Source: Octopus sinensis
Lineage: Eukaryota
DNA length: 64,000 nt
Direction of reading: 5' to 3'
NCBI RefSeq assembly: GCF_006345805.1
Contig: NC_043003.1
Coordinates: 43,896,001-43,960,000 of the forward strand
This document shows positions 28,078 through 41,579 of the stretch, piece after piece. Position 1 is the first letter of the stretch, and the number at the start of each line of letters is the position of its first letter. The notes beneath the pieces are model-generated. The model was not told where the DNA came from. It saw nothing but the letters and a program-made list of their open reading frames with translations, and did no database searches. Both the position numbers and the translations under genes were made by a program.

Positions 28078-29520
28078 TACTTTACTAACTTGCACTATCA
28101 TTCGTGTTGGCTACATTTTAAATTAGCTTGTTAAATGATAGTACCTGACTGACTTATAATATAATACTACATTAAGTTAGATTATGAAACTGCTGTATCA
28201 ATTTATTGTATTATACAATATATTTTAAAATATAAGGCTAAGTACATCATAGAGTTTTAACTACGAAATCAAATATAACGAAAGCCAAATCAACATTGAA
28301 TCAGCAAAATTTACTTCAATATATACATGTTAACAATATGACTCGTGGCGTTAGAAACAGCATGATTGAAAATTAATTGTAACGGGTGTACAGTGATAGC
28401 AGGTGATATACAACTTAAGAGAGCTGTCTGTTTCTTTGAATAGAATTAACGAGAAATGCGTGACAAAAATGAAAAGAAAGCTATTCACTATTGCATAAAT
28501 GAAACTGAAAACAATTGAGGATAACAACAACAATCGCTAAACAATTTAAATAACACAACTTGAATGTTCGAAAGTAGAATTAATATAAAACTGGAAAACT
28601 TTGTCATCGATAGTATAGCATCAATGGATCATACCCTATGTATATAATGTATATACATATACCCTATGTATATAATGTATATACATACGAGCGCGAGCGC
28701 ACACACACACATACTCACGCACAGATGTATATTGCCGATGTAACAAGAATTTGTTAACTTTCGCGAGAACTTGGTACAATTTTATTTGGAATTGGATCTA
28801 GAAGTACATATAAAGCTCTAAATAATGAGATGTAAATATCTGATTGAAAAACACGATTGTTCAGAAAATTCGAAGACTATGACAAAGAAATATATAAAAT
28901 GTATATTCGTATATGCATGTAAATAAATAGATCAATCCATATATACATAAGAAATGTATATATATATATTGTATGTGTGTGGAGAGAGATCTTGCATACG
29001 TTTTATGCATGATTTCATAAAAAACAGTAAACATCAATGTATATATAAAATTTACCCGATTTCCTACAGGTTGATGCCAGTAAATCTCTAACTAAATACT
29101 AAAAATATGATTAATTACAACAAAATACAATATAAATTAACATTTAAGTAATACATAATAATATACCGCAAGTGAAATACACAATTGCGTAAATAAGTAT
29201 GTAAATGAATATATAAATTTATATATATAAACTCAATTTAATAGTGACATTTTATAGACATTCAATTAAATATCAGAATTACTAGAAGACCCAATGACCT
29301 GTGATTTCTTCATTTGCATTCCCAGTTGCTTTAATATATTTTCTTTCTCTTTATATTTATCTTTCATTGACTTCCTAACTTCGCCACTATTATAAAATTT
29401 CAGTATCTCTTCTGTTTTGATATCAGCTATCTATATTCTAATGACTGTTCTCTCAATTATTATCTTTACTTCAACTATACCACATCGTGAATAATGCTGT
29501 TTTGCTATTGTTTTATTGCT

Positions 29521-29647
29521 GTGGTTGTTGTGTCTTTTGTTGTTGTTGCCGTTGTTGTTGTTGTTGTTGTTGTTGTTCTTCTTCTTCTTCTTCTTCTTCT
29601 TCTTCTTCTTCTTCTTCTTCTTCTTCTTCTTCTTCTTCTTCTTCGTC
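29521..29647. repeat. (TGT)n-(TTC)n microsatellite
   Basis: Direct reading. Confidence 0.9.
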
Positions 29648-30036
29648 TTCTTCTCTTTCATCTTTTGCCGTTGCTGCTCATCCTTCTCTACCCACACAGA
29701 TTTTAAGGTAGATTATTTTCTATATTTATCGCACTTGCAAATAGTGATGCGACACGTTTTGCATTTCAACCTATGGCATTTCGAATTTTCTTTTTCTCTC
29801 AGTCTCATACCACCCATCCCACCATCATTATTATCATCATCGTTATCACAATTACTCTTCCATTATCAGTCGCAGCAGCATTAACAATAAAACACCACCT
29901 CAACCAACGATACCGCAACCATCAACAACAGCACTACTACCAGTACAACCACCTCAACTATATTCAACAGAATTTTCATTGATATCACCATTTTCATAAT
30001 AATCTAATTTTTACCTTCTATTCCTTCTTTCTTCAG

Positions 30037-30179
30037 TTGGAATGTGGAATGTTGCACGGGTGATACAGGGGTTCAAATCGATCAATCTGGAACATTGCCA
30101 GTTTTTAATCGCTCATTTGAACAACATCTTGCCAAGGCGTCCAATGCTGGTTTTCGAATTTGGATATCTGTTCCAGATG
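30037..30179 (+). CDS. Candidate internal exon of an unidentified gene
   Basis: Strong acceptor ttccttctttcttcag|, open frame WNVECCTGDTGVQIDQSGTLPVFNRSFEQHLAKASNAGFRIWISVPD, complex sequence amid low-complexity DNA; the donor |gtttgc is weak. Confidence 0.4.
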
Positions 30180-30307
30180 GTTTGCTGGATAAAAATTGTG
30201 AAAAACGTGTCGTATATATGTATATGTATATACTTTTATGTAGATGCAATTGGGCGTAATCGTTCGTATCTCTGTATATTTCCATAAGGACAACCACGGA
30301 ATCAAAT

Positions 30308-30542
30308 AGGGCGTATGGTTTAGTGGTTAGGGTGTTCATTTCATGATCCTAAGATTCTGGTTTCGATTCTTCGACCGGGCAATGCGTTGCGTTTTTGAGC
30401 ATAGGACTCAATTTCACGTTGCTCCAGTCCAGTCTGCTGATAAACGTTGAGAATCCTGCAATGGACCGGCGTCCTGTTCAGTGGGGAATATATACGGCTC
30501 GGAAACCAGCCCTATAAATTTATACGACACGGGAGGAGCTCT
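30308..30542 (+). mobile_element. SINE family D
   Basis: tggtttagtggttagggtg...ggtttcgattc...gcaatggaccggcgtcctgttcag. Confidence 0.75.
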
Positions 30543-31049
30543 CGCACTGTGGTAAAAAGGTTGATATTAACTCTAAAATCTTCAAAGACATATAAATTAA
30601 AGCATGCAGTGCTTGGAAAACATGATGGTCAATGGCAGGAAGGGCATGTTTTTGTAAAAGACTCAAATATGTACAAATCTATGTTATGTTACTTTGAAAT
30701 ACAGGACGCGAAAATAAAAAAAAATAATTATGTTTTATATAGCATATGTGTGTGCACACTCTCACACACACATATAGTGATAGAGAGAGATAGAAGAGAG
30801 AGAGAGAGAGTGAGATACACAATCACTCACTCAGAAATGATTTTCAAACACACGCTAAAATATGTATGGACAAAATTGAAACAGATGTTTGTATTATGCA
30901 TATATATGCATAGTTATTGGCTTCTCTCTTCTGTATTTTGACTACTGAATATTGATTTTGTCTGTGAAAGTCACAATTTAATCTTGAAATATATTATTTT
31001 TATGTAAATAAAAATTATTATTATCATAATAATAATAATAATAATAATA

Positions 31050-31084
<35 letters not shown>

Positions 31085-31085
<1 letters not shown>

Positions 31086-31553
31086 TAAAAGATGGGCTAC
31101 AGCAAATATTCTGCTCAATACCACAGATTTGCTTGTCAGTTGTTTTACCTTAACCAGTTGAGCATGTCCCTTAGTGGCTGACGATATGTGCATCTCTGAT
31201 CACGAGCAGAAGTAGTGGGGGAGCATCATAGCCATGTGTTGAGAGGGATTCTTTGGGGTTTGAATAATTCACCTCTGGAAACATGGGTGGTTCTTTCAAC
31301 ATCCTTAAACAACCCTTATTCAGGGACCTTTTGAGCAGGATGGGCTACTCAACCTGAAGAAAATTCTAACTGGGCCCCACCTGCAAGGTCATGTGCTGTT
31401 TATCTTGATATGAGATCACCATGTCGCGCACATATGGTTCTGATGCATGTGCCTGGTGTACCCTTATCAGACGGGTAGTCATGATGGGTATATTGGGCTT
31501 CGTATATTTTACTCCAGTGTCACTTTGATGGCATGAACTGCTCTCTCACTCAA
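31085..31553 (+). mobile_element. Unclassified non-coding interspersed repeat X flanked by (TAA)n on both sides
   Basis: Sharp boundaries against (TAA)n; second copy at 23907; ends ...ctctcactcaataataat. Confidence 0.75.
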
Positions 31554-31676
31554 TAATAATAATAATAATAATAATAATGATGATAATAATAATAATAATG
31601 ATAATAATAATAATAATGATAGTAATAATAATAATAATAATTATTATTATTATTATCATCATCATCATCATCATCA

Positions 31677-31714
<38 letters not shown>

Positions 31715-31715
31715 G

Positions 31716-31776
<61 letters not shown>

Positions 31777-31780
<4 letters not shown>

Positions 31781-32024
31781 TAGTTTTATTTTTATAGCGT
31801 GCTTTCACTTCACTACCGAGCGCAGCTCTGTGTGCCTTGGGTATGTGCTGTGATTTGTTGTGATGCTCTGATGGTTATTGTATGGAAAGTGTTCAGCGTA
31901 GGATGTGTGCAGTGCCTAGTAGTGCAATTTTCTGTATGTTATATGTGTTTGTAAGTCCTGGTGTTTTTGTTATGTATTTGTCTGAATATTTTTTTATCAT
32001 GCCTAATGCACCTACTATGATAGG
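31777..32024 (-). mobile_element. Short 5'-truncated R4/Dong-type copy in (TAA)n
   Basis: Near-identical to the 3' part of 23252-23760 (IVGALGMIK...IQKIALLGTAHILR plus 3' UTR). Confidence 0.9.
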
Positions 32025-32076
32025 ATTATTATTATTATTATTATTATTATCATTATTATTATTATTATTATTATTA

Positions 32077-32134
<58 letters not shown>

Positions 32135-33192
32135 TAATATAGTGATATTATATTTCTCTACGCAACATTTTTTGTTTCGAATGGTAAAATTTATAACATT
32201 GTTGCATATCCAAGCATTTGTTGCGCACTTTTTGTTGAAATGTCCTTCGTGTGCCATGGGTTTTAGGTGTTAGTATCGATAGAAGAATCTATATATACAA
32301 ATTAATCTCGTCCGTCCCTCTCTGAAATATGTGTCTTTGGGTTTATGTAAAAGAAAAAAAATTATGTTTTAATATATGCCCGTTAACATTCCCACACGTC
32401 TCTTTGTTGCTATCATTTCCTTTTATTTTAGTAATTGTTACCTCTTAGCCAAGGATAATCAATATAATCTGTAGCAGTCATATGCAACTGTATGCTTCAA
32501 TACATTCAATTATCGCACTGCCTGCTTGTAAAACATTTGCTTAGTGTCAAGTAAAATTTAAATATTATTTCTCTTGTTACTGTTGGTGTGCAAATTTAAT
32601 AGCTTAAAGTATTGGAGAAACACAATGCAAAATGAAAATAGAAAATAAAATATATACATGTATAAAAGTTTTCAATTTAAAGAGTGAAGAAATTACTCCG
32701 ACATTATAGATGCTTCCATATTTTAGTTTGCTGCTGTCGAAACACGAAACACCTTTCTCACTTAGAATTTCTATTCAATGTCTATAATACAAAAACTTGT
32801 CGTTTTGCATTATATTGTATACTCAGCAATAAAAAATAGTTTCAGAATAAATGACTATTTTCTTTACTTCTTTACAGACTTATTCAGATTTTTTTTTCAT
32901 TTGTACGAAATAAATAAATAAATGTGTAGTTAATTGTATTAGCGAATAAAGACAGTTTTGTTTCCTGAAATTGGTTATATTTATTTTCACCACAATATAA
33001 AATCTTATTCAATGTCTCTTTGATTTTGATATTTTAATTGACAACGCTGTTAACAATCTAGCATGTTTTTATTTCTTTTAGATATAATTGATTTTTTCAG
33101 TAAATATTTTATCGTATATATATATGTATGTATATCTATCTATCTATATATATATATGCATATACATATACATATGCATACACACACACACA

Positions 33193-33254
<62 letters not shown>

Positions 33255-33791
33255 CGGAGATGTGTGTGCGTGTGTGTGTTTTATTGGAGAGAATGGTATG
33301 TAAATGTTCATTATATTTACCAGTAATTTAAAATTATTAACATACAAAGAAAATTCATGCATAGCTGTTGTGGGTAACCGACTGTGCCTTATGTTCATAC
33401 ATGAAAGTAATGTAATATGTTTGATTAATCATTATCGTTCATTCCCTTATAACTATGACATAGCTAATTCCTAGTCTATTATTTAGAACATATTATTATA
33501 ACATATTATCAGGTTTTCAAGATTGTTAATTACAATAATCCATACAATTCTCATGATAAGACTACGGTGCGTAAAATGCGTGCGACGAAAATCCAGTTAA
33601 CAAATAGAAAGTAAGGCATCTCAAATTATAGCATCTGCTATAAAAACTAAATTTTCATGAATAGTGTATGATAGTGTACCACTTCACGATTTGTACAATT
33701 ATATAGCTGCCATCTGTACACAATTTCAGTAAATATTACACTGTTGCCAAACAATTTGCCACAGTAAACAATGTCCTCGCGCTATACTTAC

Positions 33792-33933
33792 ACACTCATT
33801 ATGAAAGATAATTCAACACTTAAATTCTTGCTGTCCGATGTTTTTGAAGTAGGAGTATATGCAAAAATGCAAAGAATTCGCCGGCTGTACTCATGTTGCT
33901 GACATGACACTTCTTGGTGAGAAATAGTAAAAT
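33792..33933 (-). CDS. Candidate internal exon (142 nt) of an unidentified gene
   Basis: Acceptor tttttgttttatttcgtttatgcttataccag|, donor |gtaagt, open frame (D)FTISHQEVSCQQHEYSRRILCIFAYTPTSKTSDSKNLSVELSFIMS. Confidence 0.45.
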
Positions 33934-34065
33934 CTGGTATAAGCATAAACGAAATAAAACAAAAATGATCTGCATACAATAATGTCCATTCAATCGAGAA
34001 TATCAAATATAATTATCGACATACATATAAAATTACGACATGCCTGCATGAAAATAGATTAATCC

Positions 34066-34353
34066 CTCTGCTGCATCGGGGGTACTGCGGATGGCATTCC
34101 TCCTTCTCACTCCTTCGATGCCCAAACTACTGAATTCTCTGGTCAGAGAACGGGCTGCAAAACCCCTGCACCCAACCACCCCTGGGTCCAGACCTGCGTA
34201 CTTGGAGAGCCTTCTCTCAAAACTTTCTTCTTCCCATGAGATAGTCAGCTCCAGCAGCACCACTGCTTTGTGGACCCAGACACGAGCACAATGTCTGGTC
34301 GCAGAGTGGTGATCGCAATGTGGCCAGGGAACTTCAGCTGACGCTCAAGGTCA
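34066..34353 (-). pseudogene. HERO-like (RLE clade) non-LTR retroposon, endonuclease domain fragment
   Basis: DLERQLKFPGHIAITTLRPDIVLVS..VLLELTISWEE..FERRLSKY..VGCRGFAARSLTR. Confidence 0.85.
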
Positions 34354-34354
34354 T

Positions 34355-35183
34355 CCAGTAGATACTCGGAATCTCCAAGTGGTGGAAACTAATCCCCTAA
34401 ACAAATCTGATAGGAGGCGGTTCAAATGGTCAGCAGCTAGCATGAACTCATTGTTGAAGCAGTTCGATGATGATGTCGACCAAATTCTAGAGGCAGTGGT
34501 AAAGGGAGACGCTGACAAGAAGCTACAAGCTATGACAACAATCATTGTGAGCTTCGTAGCTCGACGATTCGGCGAGAAGGAGAAGAAAAACTCTGAAACA
34601 ACTTACTCGAAGAATCAAAGAGCTGTTATGTTCCATAAAATCAGGTAGCATATTAAGGCACTGAAGTCGCAGTACAAGAAGGCCGGACATAAGGAGCGCA
34701 TTGGCCTGGCGCAGTTAATGTGCAGCCGAGGGAAATAGATCAGTGGGTTCCGCCGGGCTAAATGGCACCGAGGTTGGTGCCGTGAGAGGGCACGTAAGCG
34801 TACTGCCTTTATTTCCAACACTTGCAAGTTCTGGTTTAATATCTCAGGAACAGCTATTACAACAATAATGGAGAAGCCAGTCAAGAGCTTGGGCAATGTT
34901 TTCTACACCTAATTGAGAGATACTACATATAACCAGTCGGCCTGCACTGAATTTGATGGCTGACTGAAATCCGTGGACAAGTCAGGCTTACCTGGGAAGT
35001 TCTACAACCCCGGCATTCTTCTCAGAATCCTGTGTCCCCTCCTTGTCTATGCAGTCCCCAATTCAACACAAGAGACTTTAGAGAGGTGGGGTCAGCATCC
35101 ATCTCCGGAGAAAGCTTTGATTACCAAGGAGCCTGAGCAGCATCGCGATCTACGGCAACAACAGCAAACAGCAGTTGGCCTTC
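34355..35183 (+). pseudogene. Inverted upstream part of the same HERO-like element (pre-RT region fused to post-RT thumb; RT core deleted)
   Basis: RRRFKWSAASMNSLLKQFDDDVDQILE..LQAMTTIIVS..RERARKRTAF fused to FNISGTAI..KPVKSLG..VDKSGLPGKF..ILCPLLVY..LPRSLSSIAIYG. Confidence 0.8.
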
Positions 35184-35349
35184 AAATATATATATATATA
35201 TACTTACATACATATCATTAAGAGCTTGACACTTTGAATTAGTATTACCTGGCGATAACTGATGAAGATTGATGGGCCTTCCGTTTCTGTGCTTTCCTTT
35301 GTGTGCCTTTTTTTAGTATCAAATAGATTTTTTATATACATATATATAT

Positions 35350-35525
35350 ATATATATACATATGACGGACTTTTACATACCAGTTTCCGTCTATCAAATC
35401 CACTCACTAGGCTTTATTTGGCTCGAGGCTATAGTAGAAAACAGTTGTACAAAGAGCCACGCAGTGGGATTGAACACGGAGTGATGAGGTCGAGTACCAA
35501 GCCTCTTACCACGCAGCCACGTCTA
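35350..35525 (-). mobile_element. 5' half of a SINE family B copy
   Basis: gtttccgtctatcaaatccactcac...gctatagtagaa...ccacgcagtgggattgaac...cttaccacgcagccac. Confidence 0.7.
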
Positions 35526-36180
35526 TATGTATATGACTACTTCAAAATATACAACTGCTGATTTAAAGAAAATGTAGAAGTGGCAGTTTATAGTGTAACC
35601 TTTCTTATAACATAAAACTATGAGAAAATATTCAACACAACCAGAATTAGATTTAGTCAGAATTCACCAATTAACCAGGTTTGTATGAGGTTAAGTAACA
35701 GCAATAATGAAAGCAGGAACACTGTACATTTCTGAAATCGAAACCAAGAACTATAAAATAAATCCCTACAACTTATAATCTTATATAATAAGCAAAGTAC
35801 AGAATCCGTACTTTTTTTATTGCCACACAATACTGTAACAGATAAAATAATCACGATGCAATTAGACATATCTCAACGGAAAATGCACATACTTTACACG
35901 ACGAAGATATGAGAAGAAATGTGATATTCGTAAAACAAAATAATTCCATTCAAGTTATCTTGTATTCAATTACAAATACAAACCTGCACTTTAGAAAATA
36001 CTGATTTACTCACATCTGGTTCACAGATACGTTCTACACAGAGCCGTACAGTAAATACATAGAATTTTGGAATATAAATAATGATAAAATTAATGCAAAG
36101 AAAAGACAATTCTAATGGGCAATTTCGAAAAACAAAATACGGTTCAGGAATGTCTTCTTCTTCTTCTTCTTCTTCTTCTT

Positions 36181-36238
<58 letters not shown>

Positions 36239-36983
36239 ATCATATATTATTTCATCACTGCTTTAAAAATATAGTTAGATTTCCATATCGAACATCTTAA
36301 TTCTATCTATTTTATCTTATAGAAATGGAGTTCTTCAGATGTCTCCTCGTTTCCTCGCCTTCATTTTATTGAGGAAAAAAAACACTAATGATTAGATTAT
36401 ATCGCAGCACAGCAACTTTTAGTTCTGAAACATATTGAAGATTTTAGTCTCAGAACATGTAAAGATATTCTTTACTTCTCTGACTTCAGTCCATTTTATT
36501 TTTATCTCTATTACGAAATTCTTAACACAAGAAGCTTTGATATTAATATTTTATTATATTTACGCTTTTTTCATCCACCTGCGTTAAGAAGATGCTATGA
36601 GAAGCTGTAATTTACCTAGCTCTTCATAGAGTCACACAACTGAAAGATATTTCATCTGTGTGTATCGGAAGCCAGACCGTTACTGATTTTACATACCAGC
36701 AAAGCAAGCTAATGAATCTCTCGTCAATTACTCATAACCACGTTTTCTCCCTTCACCGAGTATTTATAGAATGTCAGACTTTGCTAATCAACATTTAGCA
36801 TATAACTACAGACATAACCCTACGGCGGTATGCACCAGGTTTTGTTTTGTTGAACACCTGATCTAAATAACAGTTGACTTTATGAAATGAATTTGAAATA
36901 TCTGACATTTGACAAGGGTTATATTTAATTTTGCTCATTCTATAATTCATATTTGTGTGAGTTTCTGTGTGTGTCCGCGTGCA

Positions 36984-37015
<32 letters not shown>

Positions 37016-37077
37016 GTGCCTGGTATAATGAAATTGTTCTGTATTCCTGATTCATCTCAACATTTATAGCTCCTAAA

Positions 37078-37420
37078 TGGCCGAGCTGGCAGAATCGTTA
37101 GCACGACGTACAAAGTGTTTAGCGGCCTTTCGTTCCTCCCTCGTTATTTTCTGAGTTCAAATTTCCGTCGATGTCGACTTTGTCTTTCATCCTTCCGAGG
37201 TGGATGAAATAAGTATGGCGGCTAGCTGTCAGAATCATTTGCACCTCAGGCATCATGCTTAGCAGCATTTTGTCCACCTGTACGTTGTGAATTCAAATAC
37301 CGCTAAGTTTCCTTTCATCCTTTCAGGGTGGACAAAATACTTACCACCTGGACACTGCCGTTGTAATCTACATACCACATCCCCATAAATTACTGACATC
37401 ATATTGAAACCAATATTTAT
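37078..37420 (+). mobile_element. Two tandem SINE family A copies (37078-37215, 37216-37420)
   Basis: Two heads (ggccgagctggcagaatcgttagc; ggcggctagctgtcagaatc), each followed by tttcatccttc cores. Confidence 0.75.
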
Positions 37421-38637
37421 AGTTATTTTGCATTACTAGTTGCCCATATAATTAATCGTATACCCTCAGTTATAAATATTATTCTTTTGGTGCATGGGGT
37501 ATATATTTTAGATATCCACCATATTAAAACTTATTTTCCAGTTTCATACCGATTAAACATCCTCCGACACTTCTAAGCGATGAATATCAGACAAACGATT
37601 TTGTTAACATGCAGGTGTTCATTTTATAACACATTCCAAAGTTTCAGCAAGCTCAAGGATATCAGCGTTGAATGTTTGCGATTGGTTCAGCGATTATAAT
37701 AATGTGTAGACTTAGTAAGTCGACGTGTCACTTGTATTGCAGATTTAAATTCTTTATGTTCTAGCAATGAAAGGTTTTACTGGATTCAGCTGTTTGCAGT
37801 CTAGTCAAGAGAACAAAAACTTTGGGTATCATCTTTCTATACAGTTGCACCTTAATGAAAGACCTCATGTTTTTTCATAAATAGAGATACTTCATCACAC
37901 ATGTTGGTACCGAATTGAAATTTTTTTACAAATTTCCTGTAAAAACCGACAGTTAGATTGTCACTGTCAATGAAAGAAATATATCTGCACAATAAATTCA
38001 GACATATTAATCTTACACCCGCCATCATTTCAACAACACCATCAGATTGTCGTTGAAATATTTTATCTAAAGCATTAAATCATTTCATACTGAAATGAAA
38101 CATCGAGACCTATACTAAGAAATTTCTCATAAATTCAGCATACAGTGTTAAACATGATTCGGTACTCGCACACACCTTATCATTAATATATACTGGGCTT
38201 GCCCTCGTAGATTCGTAGTTTTGGTAGTCGTAAGACATTGAGAAAATCATTTTCACATTATTCCTCTACACTCAGCAAATATGAGTAATAGCGTAATTAT
38301 AGTGCATCCCTCTACTAGGTCTGCTCTGATATCTTGGACAGTAAATCAATTAATGTCATCTTTCAAAACGTTTTAAAATGATCCCCGTATACACTGAAAA
38401 CGTTATAAAGTGATAACGCTTGAGAACATGAAATCCTCTTCCAAAAGGAACTGCAAACTTTCTGTTATAATTAGTATTGAGCAGTCTGTATTTACGCTTT
38501 TTGTTATATTTAGACTCAATATCTTTGTCTCTTACCACAAGGCATTTTGTCCAACGCACTGATAATAAATCTCCATTTTCGTTTTAGGATTTTGTTTGCA
38601 AGATTCTTTATATGAGTTCGTGTTTTGAAGCATATTC

Positions 38638-38894
38638 TGTTGTGTCTGGGGAGAGTTATTTTCTTTCTGTGCTTTATGATTTAATACACTCGCCGGTAAA
38701 ATTTCCACTTACTTCTTATTTTTATTTTCCTAAAACTTTCGTTGCGTCTTGCAACATTTTCTTGACTATTGATAAGGTTGTAAGACGCAACGGAAATTTT
38801 AGGAAAACAAAAATAAGAAATGAGTGGAAATTTTACCGGTGAGTGTGTTAAATTATGAAGCACAAAAAGAAAATAACCCTCCCCAGACACAACA
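38638..38894. repeat. 257-bp palindrome (118-bp arms, 21-nt loop) with degenerate HHR-like centre
   Basis: Arms 38638-38755/38777-38894 are reverse complements with 12 substitutions; paired ORFs on opposite strands in the track. Confidence 0.92.
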
Positions 38895-39170
38895 CGATTC
38901 CCATTTTGTTTCAAATAATTATAATCAGATAAGGTGAGGAGCTATCTTTCGACACCATACAGTATCGGGTTCAGTGACAAATTGCATTACTCTTGCTAAC
39001 TCGGCAAGCGAATAAGAAAAAGGTGCATGAATTTATCAAGAATTACTGCCAGGAAAATAAACTGTACCTAGAAATCTAAAACAAAAATTTCAACAGCACT
39101 AAACTAATGATTTTTACCAGCCTAGCGCAGCACGTGTTAGGAATGTATTTAAATATATCAGTGCAGATGT

Positions 39171-39203
<33 letters not shown>

Positions 39204-39383
39204 CGCAGCCGGTTAAACCACTATATATTTAAATATATCAGTGGAGAACCACTACCTATAGACATATACAAATCCGTATAACATTCGTACGCCAAATATC
39301 TCACGAATCTCTTCCTCTCTTTGTTTCTTCCTCTCTCCTGCTCTCTATATATACTCATACATACAAATATCCATTTGTGTGTG

Positions 39384-39710
<327 letters not shown>

Positions 39711-39717
39711 AAGATAT

Positions 39718-40357
39718 GATTCGGTTAGGAATGCGCTATTACTTCAATGTATAAACTTATCCCAAGCATGGCGTAAATTAATAAGCAGACGATGTTCGTC
39801 TCCGAATTTAATGAAACAACCAAACTGAAATGTAATTCATCTATAACAAATTATAAAGAACTTGAAAGAAAATCTCTAAACTCTTGTCTGCATATTGAAA
39901 CCTTGTAAAAAAATTCAGTAAATGTGCAATGAAAGTGTAACTAGTAGTTTTGATAAGGAGAGCAATTTTGTGTATTTTTTATAGAATAGCAAACATTGTA
40001 ATCCATTGAAACTTGGTTAATATAAAGATGTAGTTACACAATTAACAGTAAATTTATGATGAAAATATAATATATATACAGAGGTGTACAACTCTACATA
40101 GAATCATTCGAAGATTCAGTTGGCATTCAACGCAAAACATTCTCAAAACGCTACTCACCACACATTTCATGGATAGCAACCAACTTATAATACATAAGGA
40201 TTTGTACAGGGCATGTTATAGGCTATCAGCTTCCAGTAATGACAAAAAATGCTTATTTCTGCGTAAACGATACTCGATAATAATGTGGAGTGATGCACGC
40301 AAACACGCATACACATGTACATAAAAATCGAAAACTCACCACTTCCAGAGTTTCCAT
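39718..40357. repeat. Left arm of a ~640-bp inverted duplication (partner 44528-45153)
   Basis: Continuous reverse-complement match by eye; ORFs 40185- and 44488+ give near-identical peptides. Confidence 0.95.
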
Positions 40358-40382
40358 CGAATGTTCTGATATGCGTTTTACA

Positions 40383-40612
40383 TGCATAGCAAGTGACCTG
40401 ATCTGAGATCGTGTGCTGGAACGAAAACAACTGAAGCGTGGAAGGTGTTTATAAGCCATTTTAAAACACACAAAAACTGTTATATTCACCTCAACTTTTA
40501 AAGTTAATTTGCCAACATATTTTCGTCGCTTTGAGACCGCGACTTCTTCATTGACAGGAATTTTCTCAGTTTTCGTGTGTCTTAAATGGATTATAACACC
40601 TTCCACGCTGTA
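40383..40612. mobile_element. Penelope-like terminal element with inverted arms (40435-40479/40567-40609) around a degenerate HHR (40510-40556, minus)
   Basis: Minus: UGUCA-AUGAAGA-A-GUCGC(ggucucaaa)GCGAC-GAAA-AUAUG-U-UGGCA; same family as 1708-1940. Confidence 0.7.
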
Positions 40613-40647
40613 ATTGTTATATATATATATGTATGTATGTATGTATG

Positions 40648-40711
<64 letters not shown>

Positions 40712-40775
40712 AAACAATGTTACATCGCTAGCCACTAAACATTATTTATTCTCTCTCGTTGTATCTTTTTGTTAT

Positions 40776-40811
40776 TTTTCTGTGGATGAGCGTTGGCTCG
40801 AAACGTGAAAG
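40776..40811 (+). ncRNA. Degenerate minimal HHR-like motif
   Basis: tttt-CTGTGGA-T-GAGC(gttg)GCTC-GAAA-CGTG-aaa. The cleavage triplet GUG and A6->U predict inactivity; downstream sequence matches 25073-25110. Confidence 0.4.
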
Positions 40812-40904
40812 TCATTTTCACTTCCCCAGAGTTAAACTAATACATCTGTTTATTGTCTACACCACCTGTCCTCATCTTTTTGGGTGTTTTTTGTGAATTC
40901 CCCC

Positions 40905-40953
<49 letters not shown>

Positions 40954-41017
40954 AATAAATAGAAAGATAGATAGTTATATAGATAGATAGATAAATAGAT
41001 TGATAGATAGATAGATG

Positions 41018-41102
<85 letters not shown>

Positions 41103-41215
41103 TTAGATAGATAGATATAGATATATACATATATACAAGAAATATACATATTATTAAAAATGATATTACTATCCAGCGAGAATAAACCACCATAAAAGGT
41201 AGAAATATTAATATA

Positions 41216-41579
41216 CAAAGCTGATGTACTCGAAGTACGATCATTGCAGATCGTTTTAGTGATCTTAGTTCTTATTTTAACTGACGATTTTAGCCCAGTA
41301 AACAGGCAGAGATGTGATTATTTTGAAATTTCGTCCTCAATAGTAGATTCAACTGAAAATGACTAATCGGATTCGATAATTGATCCCAGACGTTTGAAAC
41401 TGCTGTATTGAATTAGCCTTCATTCCTTCATTCCGTTGAGCTAAGACGGAATTTTTCTATATCACTGCTAGCAAACTTCTCTGCCTCCAAACATTACATT
41501 CAATGAAAGTCTACATAGCGGCGATAGCTTACCGGCTGCTATTTCTCGCAATGATATCACTTCATGTACATCAGCTTTG
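41216..41579. mobile_element. MITE-like element with 32-bp imperfect TIRs
   Basis: caaagctgatgtactcgaagtacgatcattgc vs reverse complement caaagctgatgtacatgaagtgatatcattgc (27/32), AT-rich flanks. Confidence 0.6.

Noticed and set aside
28631-28686. Two exact 28-bp tandem copies (also 16-bp at ~19913, 11-bp x3 at ~54057)
   Set aside because: Ordinary slippage duplications without spacers; not CRISPR-like.
30447-30941. 164-aa plus ORF
   Set aside because: A chimeric read-through of a SINE tail, AT-rich DNA and microsatellites.
36769-36828. Possible plus exon MSDFANQHLAYNYRHNPTA
   Set aside because: Weak acceptor context and no phase or homology support.
41221-41247. CUGAUG followed by a GUAC hairpin in the MITE TIR
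   Set aside because: Lacks G8-A9 and GAAA, so it is not a hammerhead.
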